Below are positions 10,741 to 23,934 of a stretch of 64,000 bases of DNA, in pieces (the stretch's first letter is position 1; the number at the start of each line of letters is the position of its first letter). This stretch comes from Mobula hypostoma (Eukaryota). The DNA is taken from NCBI RefSeq assembly GCF_963921235.1, contig NC_086101.1, forward strand, positions 30,070,001 to 30,134,000. Reading direction: 5' to 3'. The notes beneath the pieces were generated by a model. It saw only the letters and a list, made by a program, of their open reading frames with translations, was not told the DNA's origin and did not search any database. Made by a program: the position numbers and the translations under genes.

Positions 10741-13700
10741 AGCCATAAGACTGTAAGACATAGGAGTAGAATTAGGCCATTTGGCCATTTGGCCATTTAA
10801 TCATGGCTGATCCTTTTATTTTCCCTCCTCAGCCCCACTACTGGCCTTCTCCTTTGATGCCTTGTGCAATCAAAAGCCTGGAAAGCTCTGCCTTAAATAC
10901 ATCCAATGACCTGACCTCCACAACTGCCTGTTGAAATAAATTCGTCAAAGTCACCACCCTCTGGCTACAGAAATTTCTCCATGTCTCCGTTTTAAATGGA
11001 TGCCCCACTATTCTGAGGATATGCCCTCTTGTCCTAGAGTCCCCACCATGGGAAACATCTTTTCCACATCTTCTCAGTCTAGGACTTTCAACATTCAAAA
11101 GGTTTCAATGAGATTCCCCCTTCATCCCTTTAAATTCCAGTGTGTACAGACCCAGAGCTATCAAACATTCCTCATAGGATAACCTTTTCATTCCCAGAAA
11201 TATCCTTGTGAACCACTTCTGAACCCTGTTCAATGCCAGCACATATTTTCCTAGTTCAGGAGTCCAGAACTGTTCACAATAGTCAAAGTAAAGCCTCAGC
11301 TGATGCCTTATATTGTCTCAGCATCACATCCCTGCTCTTGTATTGTTGACCTTTTGAAATGAATGCTAAAATTACATTCGCCTTCTTCACTTCCAACTCT
11401 ACCTGTCAGTTAACCTTTAAGGTATTCTGCACAAGGACTCCCAAGTCCCTTTGTATCTCTGATTTTTTGATACTCTCCCCATTTAGAAATAGTTTGCACA
11501 TTTATTTCTTCTACTAAAGTGCATGAACATGCATTTTCCAAGATTGTATTTCATTTTCCACTTTCTTGCCCATTCTCCTAATCTGTCTAAGTCCTTCTGC
11601 AGCCTATCTCTTTCCTCAACACTACCTGCCCCTCCACCAATCTTTGTATTATCTTCAGTCTTGGCAACAAAGCCATATGTTCCATCATCTAAGTCAATGA
11701 TATACAGCATAAAAAGAAGCACTTGCAGTCAATCAGAAAAGGATAATTTTCTTCCGACTCACAGCCTCCTACCAGACAGCCATACCAGTAACTTATCTTT
11801 AATACCATGGGTACTTAACTTGGTAAGCAGCCTCATGTGTGGCACCTTGTCAAACGCCTTCTGAAAGTCCAAGTATACAACATCCACTACATCCTCTTTA
11901 TCTACGCTACTTTCTATTGCCTCAAAAAGTTTCCAAATGTTTGTCAGGCAAAATTTTTCCTTAAGGAACTTATGCTGACTTTGTCCTATCTTGACCTGTG
12001 ACACAAAATACTCCATAACCTCATAATTAACAATTGACTCTGATATCTTCCCAACCACTGAGTTCAGGCTAACTGGTCTATAATTTCCTCTTTGCTTCCT
12101 TCCTCCTTTCTTGAGGAGTGGAGTGACATTTGCAATTTTTCAGTCCTCTGGCACCATGCTGGATTCCAATGAATTTTGAAAGATCATTACTAATGCCTTC
12201 ATAATCTGTACTGCTACCTCTTTCGCAACTCTAGTGTGCAACTCATCTGGCCTGGGTGAATTATGCACCTTTTGGTCTTCCAGCTTTTTGAGCGCCTTCT
12301 TCCTTGTAATAGTAACTGCACACTTCTCGTCCCTCGTACTCTTCAACATCTGGCACACTGCTAGTGTCTTCCATAGTGAAGATTATTGCAAAATACTCAT
12401 TTAGATCTTTTGCCATCTCCTTGTCTGCATTATTATTTTTGTGGCCTTATTTTCTAGTGGTCCTATATCCACATTCATCTTTTTTTTATTCTTACATACT
12501 CGAAAAACCTTTACTATCCACTGTGATATTGTTTGCGAGCTTGCTTTCATATTTCATCTTTTCCATTCTAATTATTCTTCACGTTGCTCTCTGTAGGTTT
12601 TTAAAAGCTTTCCATTCATCTGTCTTACCACTATTTTTTGAATTGTTATATGCCCAATCTTTTGCTTTATTTTACCATTTAACTATTTCTTTGGTTTTAG
12701 TATACATGTATCCTGCACCTTTGTATTTTTCCCAAAAAATCATGCCATTATTGCCCTGCTGTCATCCCTGACAGCATTTCCTTCCAAATTACTTTGGCCA
12801 ACTTCTCTCTCATACAACTGTATGATCCACTAACATACAGCTACATCAGACCTTATTTTCTCCCTATCAAATTTCAAGTTGAATTCAATCATATTGTGAT
12901 CATTGCTTCCTCAGGGCTCTATTACCTTAATCTCCCTAATCACCTCCAGTTCATTACGTAATACCCAATCCTACTCGGCTCAACGACGAACTGCTCTAAA
13001 ATGCCATCTCATCGATATTCAACAGACTCACTGTCTTGAGATACATTACCAGCCTGAATTTCCCAATTGACTCGCATGCTGAAATATCCCATGACTATGA
13101 TAACATTGCCCTTTTGATATGCCTTTTCTCTTTCCCATTGTAATCTGTGGTCCACATCCCAGCTACTGTTTGGAGGCCTGTTCTGAACTGCCATCAAGTC
13201 CTTTTACCCTTGCAATTTCTTCACTCGACCCACAATGATTCAACATCTTCTGATCCTATTTCACAGCTTTTCACTGATTTGATGCCATTCTTTACTAGCA
13301 AAGCCATGCCACCCCCTCTGCCTACCTTCCTATCCATCTGAAACAACATGTAACCTTTGACATTCAGCTCCCAACTACAAGCATCCTTCAGCCACGAGTC
13401 ATTGATGGCCACAACATCATACCTGACAATCTGTAACAGTGCAACAAGATATCCACCTTTTTTCTTATACTCTGCGCATTGAGATATAACACTTTGAATT
13501 CTGTATTTGCTACGCTTTTCGATTCTACATCCCTAATGCACTGATACTCTCCCTGCTGGCTGCAATTTCATCTTATCATTTGCCTGCCCTTCCTGACAGA
13601 CTGATTGCATGCAAACTTTGCTTTTTTACCATCTATCCTATCCTGAGTCCTTCACTCTGGTTCCCACCTCCCTACCAATTTTGTTTAAAACCCCTCCAAC

Positions 13701-14400
13701 AGCTTTAATAAACCTGCCGGTGAGAATAGTAGTCCTCCTTCGGTTCTGGTGCAACCCTTCACTTCTGAACAGGTCATATCTCCTCCAGAAGAGATCTTAA
13801 AGATCCAAGAGCCTGAAGCCCTTCCCTCTGCATCAGCTTCTCAGCCACACAATAATCTACCAAATCATCCAGTTTCTCCCCTCACTGGTGCGTGGCACAA
13901 GCTGTAATCCAGAAATTACTATGCTGTTGGTCCTGTTTATCCACTTTCTAAATTATATTTTCAGGACCTCTTTTCTTTTCCTTCCTCTGTCACTGGTACC
14001 AATATGTACCAAAACATCTGGCTACTCTCCCTCCCTCTCCAAAACGCTGTGGACATGACACAAGATATCCATGATCCTGGCACCAGGGAGGCAACATACC
14101 ATTTTAGTGTACTGTTCATCTCCATGGAATCTCTTGTCTGTTTCCCTGACTGTTGAATCCCCTATCATTACCACTACCCTCTTCTCCCTCTTTCAGTTCT
14201 GCATAATGGACGTATGCTCAGTGCCAGTAAACCAGTCTCCATGGCATTCTCCTGGGAGGTCATGCCCCACAACAGTATCCAAAGTGGTTTACTTATTATT
14301 GAAAAGAATGGCCATAGGGATGCTCTGCGCTAAATGCCTATTCACATTTCTATTTCTCCTGACAGTCACCCTGCTACTCACCTCTGCAATTTAGGACTGA
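10741..14400 (-). mobile_element. Decayed CR1 LINE in intron 1 (ORF1 esterase, APE, RT, 3' end)
   Basis: - strand ORFs show [27 protein letters not shown] and HILRIVGHPFKTE.WRNF. Esterase remnant at 14071-14394; 3' tail at ~10745. Confidence 0.9.
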
Positions 14401-14689
14401 TTACTTCCCTGTAACTCTGATAGATTATCTCCAAACTCTCCTGTGCAAGCTAAGTGTTGCTTCATAAACTTTCCTTTGGACTATGCTGGTGAGGCTGAGA
14501 GGGTGACCTTAATGACTGGGCATCTTAGGATCTCCATACCTTCCGCACATGCTTGTGATGATGATCCTCATCACCCATTGTCCTTCCAGACAGATAAATG
14601 CCAAACAATTAACCATATATGTATATATATTTTCTGAAGACTTTTGCACAGTACTGTATATCCAAATATCATCTTAATATTCTGATGAG

Positions 14690-15270
14690 ACTCAAGAGAC
14701 AGTAGGTACCAGAATCTGGAGTAACTGTCTGCTGGAAGAACTGAGCAGTTTGAGAAACATCTGTCATGGGAAAGGAATTGGTGATGAAAGAAGGGAGATA
14801 ACTCATAAAATGAAGAGGAAGGATCGATACAGAGATTAGTGAAGCAAGACATTATGGTGTATTGGGCAAAGGGCGAGTTTGGAGATAAAAGATAATGGGC
14901 AGAAGGTTCAGCGTAGGGGAGGGTGAGTATGGAGTCAGAAGACAAGATTTGTTTACATGATGGATGAAAGGCAATAAAGAAAAGAAAGATGAAGCCAGGA
15001 AGGGGGAGGTGAGGTGAGGCTAAGGTAAAGACCATGGAGGTTGATAATTATAAAGAAAAATGGATAGAAGTGCTGAGATCTGATAAGTCAGGAAGATGAT
15101 TGTGGAACCATTATGAGGGAGGTGAAGGACATATGAAACCAGGAGCAGCTGGGGAAAGAGAGAGCTGGTGAGGTAAATGAATGGATGGATGCAACTGGGA
15201 AGGGGAGGGGATTGAAATGAGTATTAATGGCTTGGAAGGGGTGGTGGGTAAAGTAAAATTTGTAAAACAT
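14690..15270 (-). mobile_element. Old Penelope-like 3' region (purine-rich on +)
   Basis: Terminus CAAGAGACAGTAGGTACCAGAATCTGGAG...CTGCTGGAAGAACTGAGCAG followed by the G/A-rich tract typical of these ends. Confidence 0.4.
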
Positions 15271-15604
15271 TAACCAGAGAAATGTTTAATAGATGAACAC
15301 ATGAATGACTAAGATGGACAGATTTTTCAAGATGGAGACATTGCAAACAGGCAAATGTATAGTATGTTAATGCAGATCATTTAGAAGTGGAATCATGATT
15401 GATGGACACGGTCTAAGAACCACCTGACATACCCTGGATCCAATGTTCCTAAGTTGTAATCAGGTTTAATATTAATTAATGCCTTTCTGCATTGTGGTCT
15501 TTACATCACTAACACAAGAGATTCTGTAGATGCTGAAAACCCAGAGTGACACATAACTAATTTCACATCACTTTGCATCACTAATTTGTGTTTCTATATT
15601 GCAG

Positions 15605-15856
15605 ATTTTCACATCCTTGCGTTTTACTACTTGTTGAACCACAGAAGGAGTGAGCTGACTGAATATAGCATAGTGGCAACGCTGGATGACCAGCAGATAG
15701 TGTACTTTGACAGTACGCTGCAAAGGGCTGTTCCCAGACAATGGTGGATGGCTTACTCTTTCCCGAGTGAACACTGGGATGAAATAGCCATCACAGTGGC
15801 AGGTTTTCATGGGATAATCAGAGGGAATGTTGAGATTGTTTACCAACAGCACAGTG
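15605..15856 (+). CDS. MHC class I-like gene, exon 2 (alpha1 domain, 84 aa)
   Basis: TTGCAG acceptor and G|GTAAGT donor, phase 1/1. DFHILAFYYLL...LDDQQIVYFDS...AVPRQWWM...EHWD matches class I alpha1 motifs (H3, D29-D30, FDS, PR, W51, W60). Confidence 0.93.
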
Positions 15857-16632
15857 GTAAGTGACCTAACAAAACCCAATGACTGTACAGATGGACTTGC
15901 ATGAAGTCAAAGCCTTATCTTTTTAGTTTAATGTCTCCTTATCACTGCACACCCAGTTAGCAGGTGATGGTCTCTTACAAGGTCCAGCCTTTGTCACAAC
16001 AGCTGCAATGAGTGAATGGATTAAGATTAAACGATCAGTTTTATTTGTCACATGTGCAGTGGAACACACAGTGAAATATGTTATTTTGCATCAAATCTGT
16101 GGAAATTGTGCTGGGGCAGCCTACAAATGTCAGCACACTTTCAGTGTCAACACAACATGCCCACAACTCATTAATCCTAATTGGTACCCTTTTGGAAAGT
16201 GGAAGGAATCTAAAGTGGTCATGGGGAAAGTGTACAAACCCATTACAGGCACTGGCAAGACCTACATCCTAATCCTACACTACATTGGATCATATACATT
16301 AGCTGGACTGCAGTGAAAGAGAAACCATTGGTTTATTTGTGTCCCAATAATGCAAAGATAGGATCCTGACTCTATCTGAACATTTGTATCACTGATAGTA
16401 TTCCCTCAGTTATAATGTTCTATTAATGTAGCCAACCCTCAGTACTGACAGTGATCCTGTGATATTGCAATGATCTCTCTCAGTCCAATTCCACAAAGTG
16501 CCTGTACTTTCCATCTATGTTGCCTCATTCCCACAGTCCTAATCTGCTGCTCTGTCTTCCTCCTTCAATATTGCCTCTCCAACAGTTTTGCCCATCTGAT
16601 ATTGTAGCTGTGACATAACAGAATTTCTTCAG

Positions 16633-16840
16633 AAACAAGAGAAACTTTGCAGATGCTAGAAATCTGAGCAACACACACAAAATGCTGGAGGAACTCAGCA
16701 GGCCAGGAAGCATCTATGGAAAAAAAAATATGGTCCTGCTGAAGGGTTTCAGCCTGAAACATCAACTGTACTTTCTTCCATAGATGCTGCCTAGCCGGCT
16801 GAGTCCCTCCAGCATCTTGTGTGTGTTGCTGGAATTTCTT
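16633..16840. mobile_element. Second fold-back of Penelope termini (intron 2)
   Basis: AGCAACACACACAAAATGCTGGAGGAACTCAGC...CATCTATGGAA pairs with TTCCATAGATG...GCTGAGTCCCTCCAGCATCTTGTGTGTGTTGCT. A mutated hammerhead (CTGCTGA) sits in the loop. Confidence 0.8.
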
Positions 16841-18508
16841 CAGTGTTGCTCTCTCAATAGTTAAGTATTCTCCAAGTATGGCACTTAATATTTGGGGGTA
16901 GTCCCTGTCTGCCATATGTAAACCTGGAGCCATCAGGTCATACAGCATGGAAACTGCCACTTCACCCCACTGTCCCCTGCTGACTATCAACAGCAAAAGC
17001 AAACAAAAGAGAATCTACACTGCTGCAAACCAAGTAACACACACACAAAATGCTGGAGAAACTCAACAGGCCAGGTAGCATCTATGGAAAAGAGTACAAT
17101 CAACATCCCTTCACTTTAGCAACAATAATTGCAGGACAGGTTATGCTAAACTGTGAGATTTGCCAAATGAGAGTACAGTCCACGTTTTTGCCTGAGACCC
17201 TTCGGCAGGATGACAATAGTCTTGCTTTAATCCCATTTTTATTCTTTCCATACTCTAATCAACTCTCCCAGCTTTTTTGTTACTTACCCAAACATTTGGG
17301 CAAGTATACATTAGCCAATTATCCTATGAACGCAAATTATCATTGGGATATGGGAGGAAACTGGAGTACTCACAAGGTCGCAGAGGGAACAAACTCCAAA
17401 CATTCAGAATTAGAAGCGGGTAAGGTTCTACCTCTACTAGTTGCAATGCCGTGCCTTCCTAATATGTTCTATTGAGCCACTAATAGTAAGATCTTGTTTG
17501 AAAAATGTCACTGTATTTAAGGTGCATTTGTGTTTGCTTCTGCATGTGCTGGCATTGGAGGTGATGTAGAAGAGAAGCATTTACTAATCCCTGGAATTAG
17601 AAGGCTGTCAAATCATAAACGGCTAACAATACCAGATGGGTACTCACTGGAATTCAGAAGAATGAGGAGTGAACTTTTTGAAACAAAAAGAATTCAAGGG
17701 TATACACGAAGGTGTAATTGGCTTAATATTTTCACATGTACTGAGTTACATTGAAAAACTTATTTTGCATGCTTTCCATATAGATTATTTCAGAACATAA
17801 GTAGATTGCATTAGAACAAAGGGAAATACAATAACAGAATTCAGAATGTTGTGCTATAGTTACATGTAAGTGTCGTGCAGCCAAACCATAAGATGTAAGG
17901 ACTATTTTGAAGTAAATGGTGAGGTCAAGAGTTACCTTTATGGCCCATTCAAGAGTCTATTAAGAGCAAGATAGATGTTGCCCTTGAGCCTGGTAGTAGT
18001 TATCTTCTGCCTGAAGAAGCGGGGAGAAGAGAGAATGACTAGGATGGGAGGTGACTTTGATATGTTGACTGATTTCTCAAGAAGGTGTGCATGGAAGGCA
18101 GGCAGATTTTCATAAAGTACTCTGCAACTTCTTGCATTGGTGGGCAGAGCAGTTACAATAACACGCTGTGTTACCAATGGATGTGATGATTTATGTGGTA
18201 CATCTGTAGGTAATTATATGTTGAACAGTTTCCACTCTTGGGAGAATTTTAAATGAGGAGAGAATATTACAAGGCTAGAGAGCAGTAATTTAATAATGAG
18301 GCTCTATGGTATTTCTTCTTGAAGTGCAATGAATTCTCTGGAACTCTCTACACTTGTGAGTGTGAAGCTTGGACCATTCGACATTTTTAAATGTAGAATA
18401 AAATGCTGAAATAGTGAGGAGTTGAGTGCTTGTGGAGGTAACAAAGAAGAACTGAGATCTGGGGCGGATTAGCCATGCTTTGCTGGCTCAAGTAGTTCCT
18501 ACTCATCC

Positions 18509-19600
18509 TCAAACAAGAGAAAATCTACAGATGTTGGATATCCAAACAACACACACAAAATGCTGGTGGAACTCAGTGGGCTAGGCCACATCTATGGAAA
18601 AGAATACAGTTGATGCTTTGGGCTGAGAACATTCAGCAGGACTAGAGGAAAAAAAGATGTGGAATTAGAGTTGAAAGGTGGGGGGAGGGGAGTGAGAAAC
18701 ATAAGGTGATAGGTGAAACTGGGAGGGGGTGGAGTGAAGTAAAGAGCTGAGAAGTTGTTTGGTGAAAGAGATGCAGGGCTGGAGAAGGGGGAACCAAATA
18801 GGAGAGGATAGAAGGCCATGCAGGAAAGAAAATGGTGAGGTGCACCAGAGTGAGGCAACGGGCAGACGAGAAGGTGTGGTCAGTGAGGAAAAGGGGAAGG
18901 GAAATGGTGAAGGGGGTAAGGGGGTTGGTCATTACCGAAAGTTAGAGAAATCGATGTTCATGCCATCAGGTTGGAGGCTGCCCAGACGGAATACATGGTT
19001 TTGCTCCTCCAGCCTGAGTATGTCCTGAACACAACAGCAGAGGAGGCCATGGATTGAAATGTCAGAATGGAAATAGAAAGTGGAATTAAAATGGGAGGCC
19101 ATGGGGAGATCCTGATTTTCCTGGTGGATGGAGCGTAGGTGCTCGGCGAAGCAATCTTCCAATCTACATCGGGTGGGAGGCCACATTGGGAGCGCTGGAC
19201 ACAGGAGATGGGCACAACAAACTCACAGTTGAAGTGTCGTTTCTCCTGGAAAAAAACTGTTTAGGGCCCTGAACGGTAGTGAGAGAGGAAGTTTAGAGGC
19301 AAGTGTAGCACTTATTCCACTTGCAAGGATAAGTACCAGGCGGGAGATCGGTGGGGAGGGATGAATGGACAAGGGAGTTGCATATGGAGCGATTCCTGTG
19401 GAAAGCAGAAAGTCGAGGGGGACAGGTGTAGGGAAAGATATTCTTGGATGTGGGATCGTGTTGGAGATGGTGGAAGTTATGGAGAATTATGTGCTGGACG
19501 TGGAGGCAGGTGGGGTGATAGGTGAAGCCAAGAGAAACCCTATTACTTCTGGGGCTGCAGGATGATGGGTTTAGGGTAGACGTGCACAAAGTAGAAGAGA
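18509..19600 (-). mobile_element. Penelope-like element, 5'-truncated (intron 2)
   Basis: RLEDCFAEHLRSIH...MASHFN...DGMNIDFSNFR and PPGTYPCKWNKCYTC on the - strand. Terminus at ~18509. Confidence 0.88.
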
Positions 19601-19689
19601 TACTCATGCTTCTACTTTCTTATATGCCTACATGCCAATCAGTTTATTTTTCACTTGCCTCTTCCCCCCTACCCTTCCCTCAGTCCCAG

Positions 19690-19965
19690 CTGATTTCTTT
19701 GTCCAGGGGGTTTGCGGCTGTGAATTGAAGTATGATAACTCCACAGATGGGTTCATAAGACTGGGCTATAATGGCGAAGGTGCATGTGTTTTTGACAAGG
19801 AAACAATGAGTTGGATTGTGCTAAATCCACAGTTCCAAGTGCTTGCAGATCGGTGGAATGTCAACATGCTCATGAACAAATACTTCAAAGCTCTCTTGGA
19901 GAAAGACTGTGTGAAGTGGCTGCTGATATATCTTGAGTGTGGGCAAGAAGCGCTACGGCAGAGAG
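19690..19965 (+). CDS. MHC class I-like gene, exon 3 (alpha2 domain, 92 aa)
   Basis: Pyrimidine tract plus CCCAG acceptor and G|GTATAA donor. The 276-nt length is the usual alpha2 size. VQGVCGC...GYNGE...DRW...DCVKWLLIYLE contains the C101-C164 pair, W147, W167 and Y171. Confidence 0.95.
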
Positions 19966-20917
19966 GTATAATACCTGGGTACTCTGAATGTTGGGTACAG
20001 GGGAAATACTCCAGATAGCCCAGGTGAGAAATGTGGCAAACCTCAGGTAATTGTTAACTGGAGTATTATTGTCACATACTCTGGACAAAAAATATTTTGC
20101 TTGCCATCCATTCAGATCATCCCAAACATTAGAATATTGAGATAGTATAAAGAGAAAAGAACTAATCAAATACAAAATACAGGTCCTCTGTTGGTTGGGG
20201 ATTTGACCATGGATATTGCATTCTAAGTGACTAGGTGATACACAAAACTGTAAACATAGAAGATAGAATAGTACAGCACAGTACAGGCCCTTCGGCCCAC
20301 AATGTTGTGCCGAACCTCAAACCCTGCCTCCCATATAACCCTCCACCTTAAATTCCTCCATTTACCTGTCTAGCAGTCTCTTAAATTTCAAGGAATTTAA
20401 AGGAATGGCAGAGACTGATACAGCTTGGTACCAACAGCATTGCAGGAGTTGCCAGTCAGTTTTGAACTCAACATCACATTGCCTTAGGGACTCCAGCTCT
20501 GGATATTTCCTCACGGTTTACTCCCAAAACCTTCCCCATGAATGAATCTAGCCACAAGGCAGCAGAGGTTGGAGATCAGAGTTTTAATTCTCCTAGGTGA
20601 GCTGTCAACCAAGGCTGATGAGCTCCATCTGCCAAAGTGACTAGTTTTAGGATGCCAACAACCCACCTTTCTCCTGATGGTAGAAACAGTTCTGCTGGAA
20701 TTTTAGCTTTATCCCACATAAAGGCCAGGAGAAGAATTTGTTTATCAGAGACTATTTGAGATGCATGCCAATGGGAGCATTTAATAGGTAGTAGGAGCTT
20801 ATCACCACTACCGCTCCAACTGTGACAACCTTAAGGAATGAAATGCAAAATATATTGTTGCAGTTACAGTTACAGAGAAAGAGCAGAGCAAATAAACAAA
20901 TAAAGTGTATGGGCCAT

Positions 20918-21510
20918 AATCAGAATCAGAGTCAGATTTATTGTCACTGGCATGTGTCATAAAATTTGATAAGTTAGCAGCAACAGTACAATGCAACAAA
21001 TGATAATAGATAAAGAATGAGTAAATAAATAAACAGGTAAATCAATTACAGTGAGTATATATATGTATATTGAATAGATTAAAAATAGTGCAAAAGCAGA
21101 AATAATGCATACTTTTAAAAAGTAAGTTGGTGTTCATAGGTTTAATGTTCAATTAGGAATCATATCACAGAGGGAAAAAAAAGCTGTTCCTGCAACATTG
21201 AATGTGTGCCGCCAGTCTTCTGTACCTCCTTCCTGATAATGACAATGAGAAGAGGGCAGTCCCTGGGTGATTGGGTCCTTAATAGTGGGCGTCACCTTCC
21301 TGAGGCACTGCTTTTTGAAGATGACTTGGATACTATGGAGGCTGGTACCCAAGATGGAGCTCAAGAAGTTTACAGAGTCCTGTAGCTGTACTTGGTCCTC
21401 AGCAGAAGCACTCCCATAACAGACAGTGAAGCAGACTGTCAGAATGCTGTCCACAGTACATCTATAGAAGTTTTCTGAGTGTTTTAGGTGCCAAATCAAA
21501 TCTCTTCAAA
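20918..21510 (-). mobile_element. Rex1/Babar-type LINE 3' fragment
   Basis: ENFYRCTVDSILTVCFTVCYG...LQ...F on the - strand, with an (AATCAG)n tail. Confidence 0.75.
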
Positions 21511-21711
21511 CTCTGAATAAAATATAGTGAAATACAATGAGGTAAATTGTGAGATCAAGAGCTGTCCCTTAAACAATTGTTCATTGACAGGAAATCAATG
21601 AGGGAGCTGGCAATGTACCCGTTAGATAAGGCAGATGGGTTAGAAATGCTTATGAGGAATGAATTCTGCACCAGCACCCAATCCAATTGTGCATGTTAAT
21701 ATTAGTTCAGG

Positions 21712-22195
21712 ATGTGTGGTCGTATTAGCACACAGACAGACAGCCATACGAAATGAATTAATACATAAAACAGATGAAGTAATTTGGCTCAAAGAGGAGT
21801 AGGCAGCTTAGTCTTGAATTCCACTGGCGAGGTCCTCTTTTTGGAGTTGAAATTAAGTAAGCCAATAAGTTGAAAAGACTTCAAATGACTTTAAAGTAAT
21901 TTACTAATTCAACTCCCTACTTAACCATGCAAATGGTTAACTGCTGCTGTAACTATGTGTTATAATTATGTGGTCTTGTCAGTGTTGGTCTTTGGTTTGT
22001 CCTGTTTTTTTGTGATATCACTCTGTAGGAACATTGTACCATTTCTTAATGCATGCATGCATTTCTAAATGACAATAATTGAGGACTGAGTGTCCTCATA
22101 ATCTAATCTAAATGTAGGAACAGAGCAAATCTAAAAGCAAAACAGATTGCACCCATCTAAGGACTCTTACCTTGCTAAGGCATCCAGTTAAGTTT
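21712..22195 (+). repeat. Direct repeat copy A (intron 3)
   Basis: Collinear with 27556-28019 from ATGTGTGGTCGTATTAGC to GCATCCAGTTAAGTT; offset 5844 bp. Confidence 0.9.
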
Positions 22196-23009
22196 GTAAT
22201 TGTCTTACATTGCCTCATTTAAATGCAGCAAAATCATTTGGCTGGAATGCTGCTTAAATTGCGAGTAATTCTAACAGTATTCTAATTAAAGTTATTTTTC
22301 TTGACTTATCTCTTAAAATAATTAGTGCTATCATTCAGCAGAGTCTTTCTTCATATGTGTCCCTGGAAACGCTCTGTAGATCAGACAGCCCTCTGTTATG
22401 CAACTGCTGGGAATGAACCAGAACAGAGACTTTTGCATTCTTCCCTATTCCCTCCTAGCAAATCTGGAAAAAGGTGGGTGACCAGATGCTTCCCACCACA
22501 GGTATCCTGAGAGCAGCAGGTGTTGGGGATGATATGACATCTGTACAGAGAGTATCTGACTGAGATAGTCCTTCTCACTGCCAGCCAAGCACTGTCTTAT
22601 TGCTCAGTGGTGAGATTTGATAATGAGACATTCCACCAGAAGATCTGGACAGTCAGGGAACAACATTATCTTATCCAGTGTCCCTATGTCATAGTACCTG
22701 AAGGAAATTTCATGCTGACCACTATCTGATGTAATTGTGGTCAAAGGTGTTTACCTGGAAGTGTTCTTAACAAAGGACAAGTAGAGTACCAATGTCCAGC
22801 AGACTGGAATGTTATGGATAATGCTGCCAGGCCTATCTTCCACAACACCAGGGATAGGCAAACCCTCAGTAAATAGTGACACTGGTGAAAAGGTGCTTTG
22901 GGTACACTGAGATAAACTCTAGTTGGAAGAGAGGGGAAGTAGAATTGATGTCACAACTAAAACTCTTTTTTCATATTTTCACTGATGTTGATACTCTTTA
23001 CATTTGTAG

Positions 23010-23282
23010 CAATCCCTGAAGTGTTTATCAGTATTAGGAGTGATGGATTTCAACCGCTGAGACTCTCCTGCCTTGTCACAGGGTTCTACCCACAGGCTAT
23101 CGATGTTTCATGGCTGAGAGATGGTGAGTGGGTCCCCGAGATTGGATCCAGTGATGTATTACCCAACCATGATGGGACTTATCAGGTGATGAAAATGATT
23201 ACACTGAATGAAGCTGAGGTGGCAAAATACTCCTGTTACATCGAGCATGCCACCCTCCTGCAGGGACTCAATATACCACAGG
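23010..23282 (+). CDS. MHC class I-like gene, exon 4 (alpha3, Ig C1-set, 91 aa)
   Basis: TTTGTAG acceptor and G|GTAAGT donor. LSCLVTGFYPQAIDVSWLRDG...LPNHDGTYQ...YSCYIEH is the class I alpha3 C1 signature. Confidence 0.96.
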
Positions 23283-23934
23283 GTAAGTGGCAAGTCAGAG
23301 ATCCTTGTTCTTGCTTCAGGCTGATCACTTGGGACAAGCAACAATGCAGAATACATTAAGAGCCTTAAAACACATGCTTTCATATGTACTGCTTAATTTC
23401 TAATTGGTCAGGAATAATGATATTCTGTGGAATATGAAATGACAGACAAATAACAGAATGTTAATACACATCAAGTCAAGTTTATTTTCACATACAGAAG
23501 TACAGTGACATACAGGTGCAATGAAATACCTGCTTGCAGCAGCATCTCGGGCACATAGATTCAGCCAACATTCAGAATATGATTAATTTACAAATTGTAC
23601 AAGACAGTGAAGAGAAAAAATCAAAGACTGTGCAAGACAATCAGGAAAAACACAATCAGAAGGAAGTCTATGCTAATGGGAGAGGTGGTCAGTGTTCTGT
23701 TGTTGAAGTAGCTTAAGGTTGCACAGTTCAATTCAAAAACCTGATGACTGAAGGAAAGCAGCTGTTCCTCAACCTTATGGTGTGGAGCAACAGGCTCTGT
23801 AACTCCTGCCTGATGCTATTAGGAAGAATAAAGCATGAACCGGATGGCAGGGATATTGGATGACATATGCTGCTTTCTTGATGCCGTGCTTCCTGACCTA
23901 ATATATTAGCACTTCTAGACTAGTTACTGCCTCA

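Noticed and set aside
20415-20700. CTGATGAG in an RTE-like 5' region, a possible hammerhead or HDV-like ribozyme
   Set aside because: No stem II-GAAA follows, and I could not build the HDV double pseudoknot by eye. It needs a covariance-model search.
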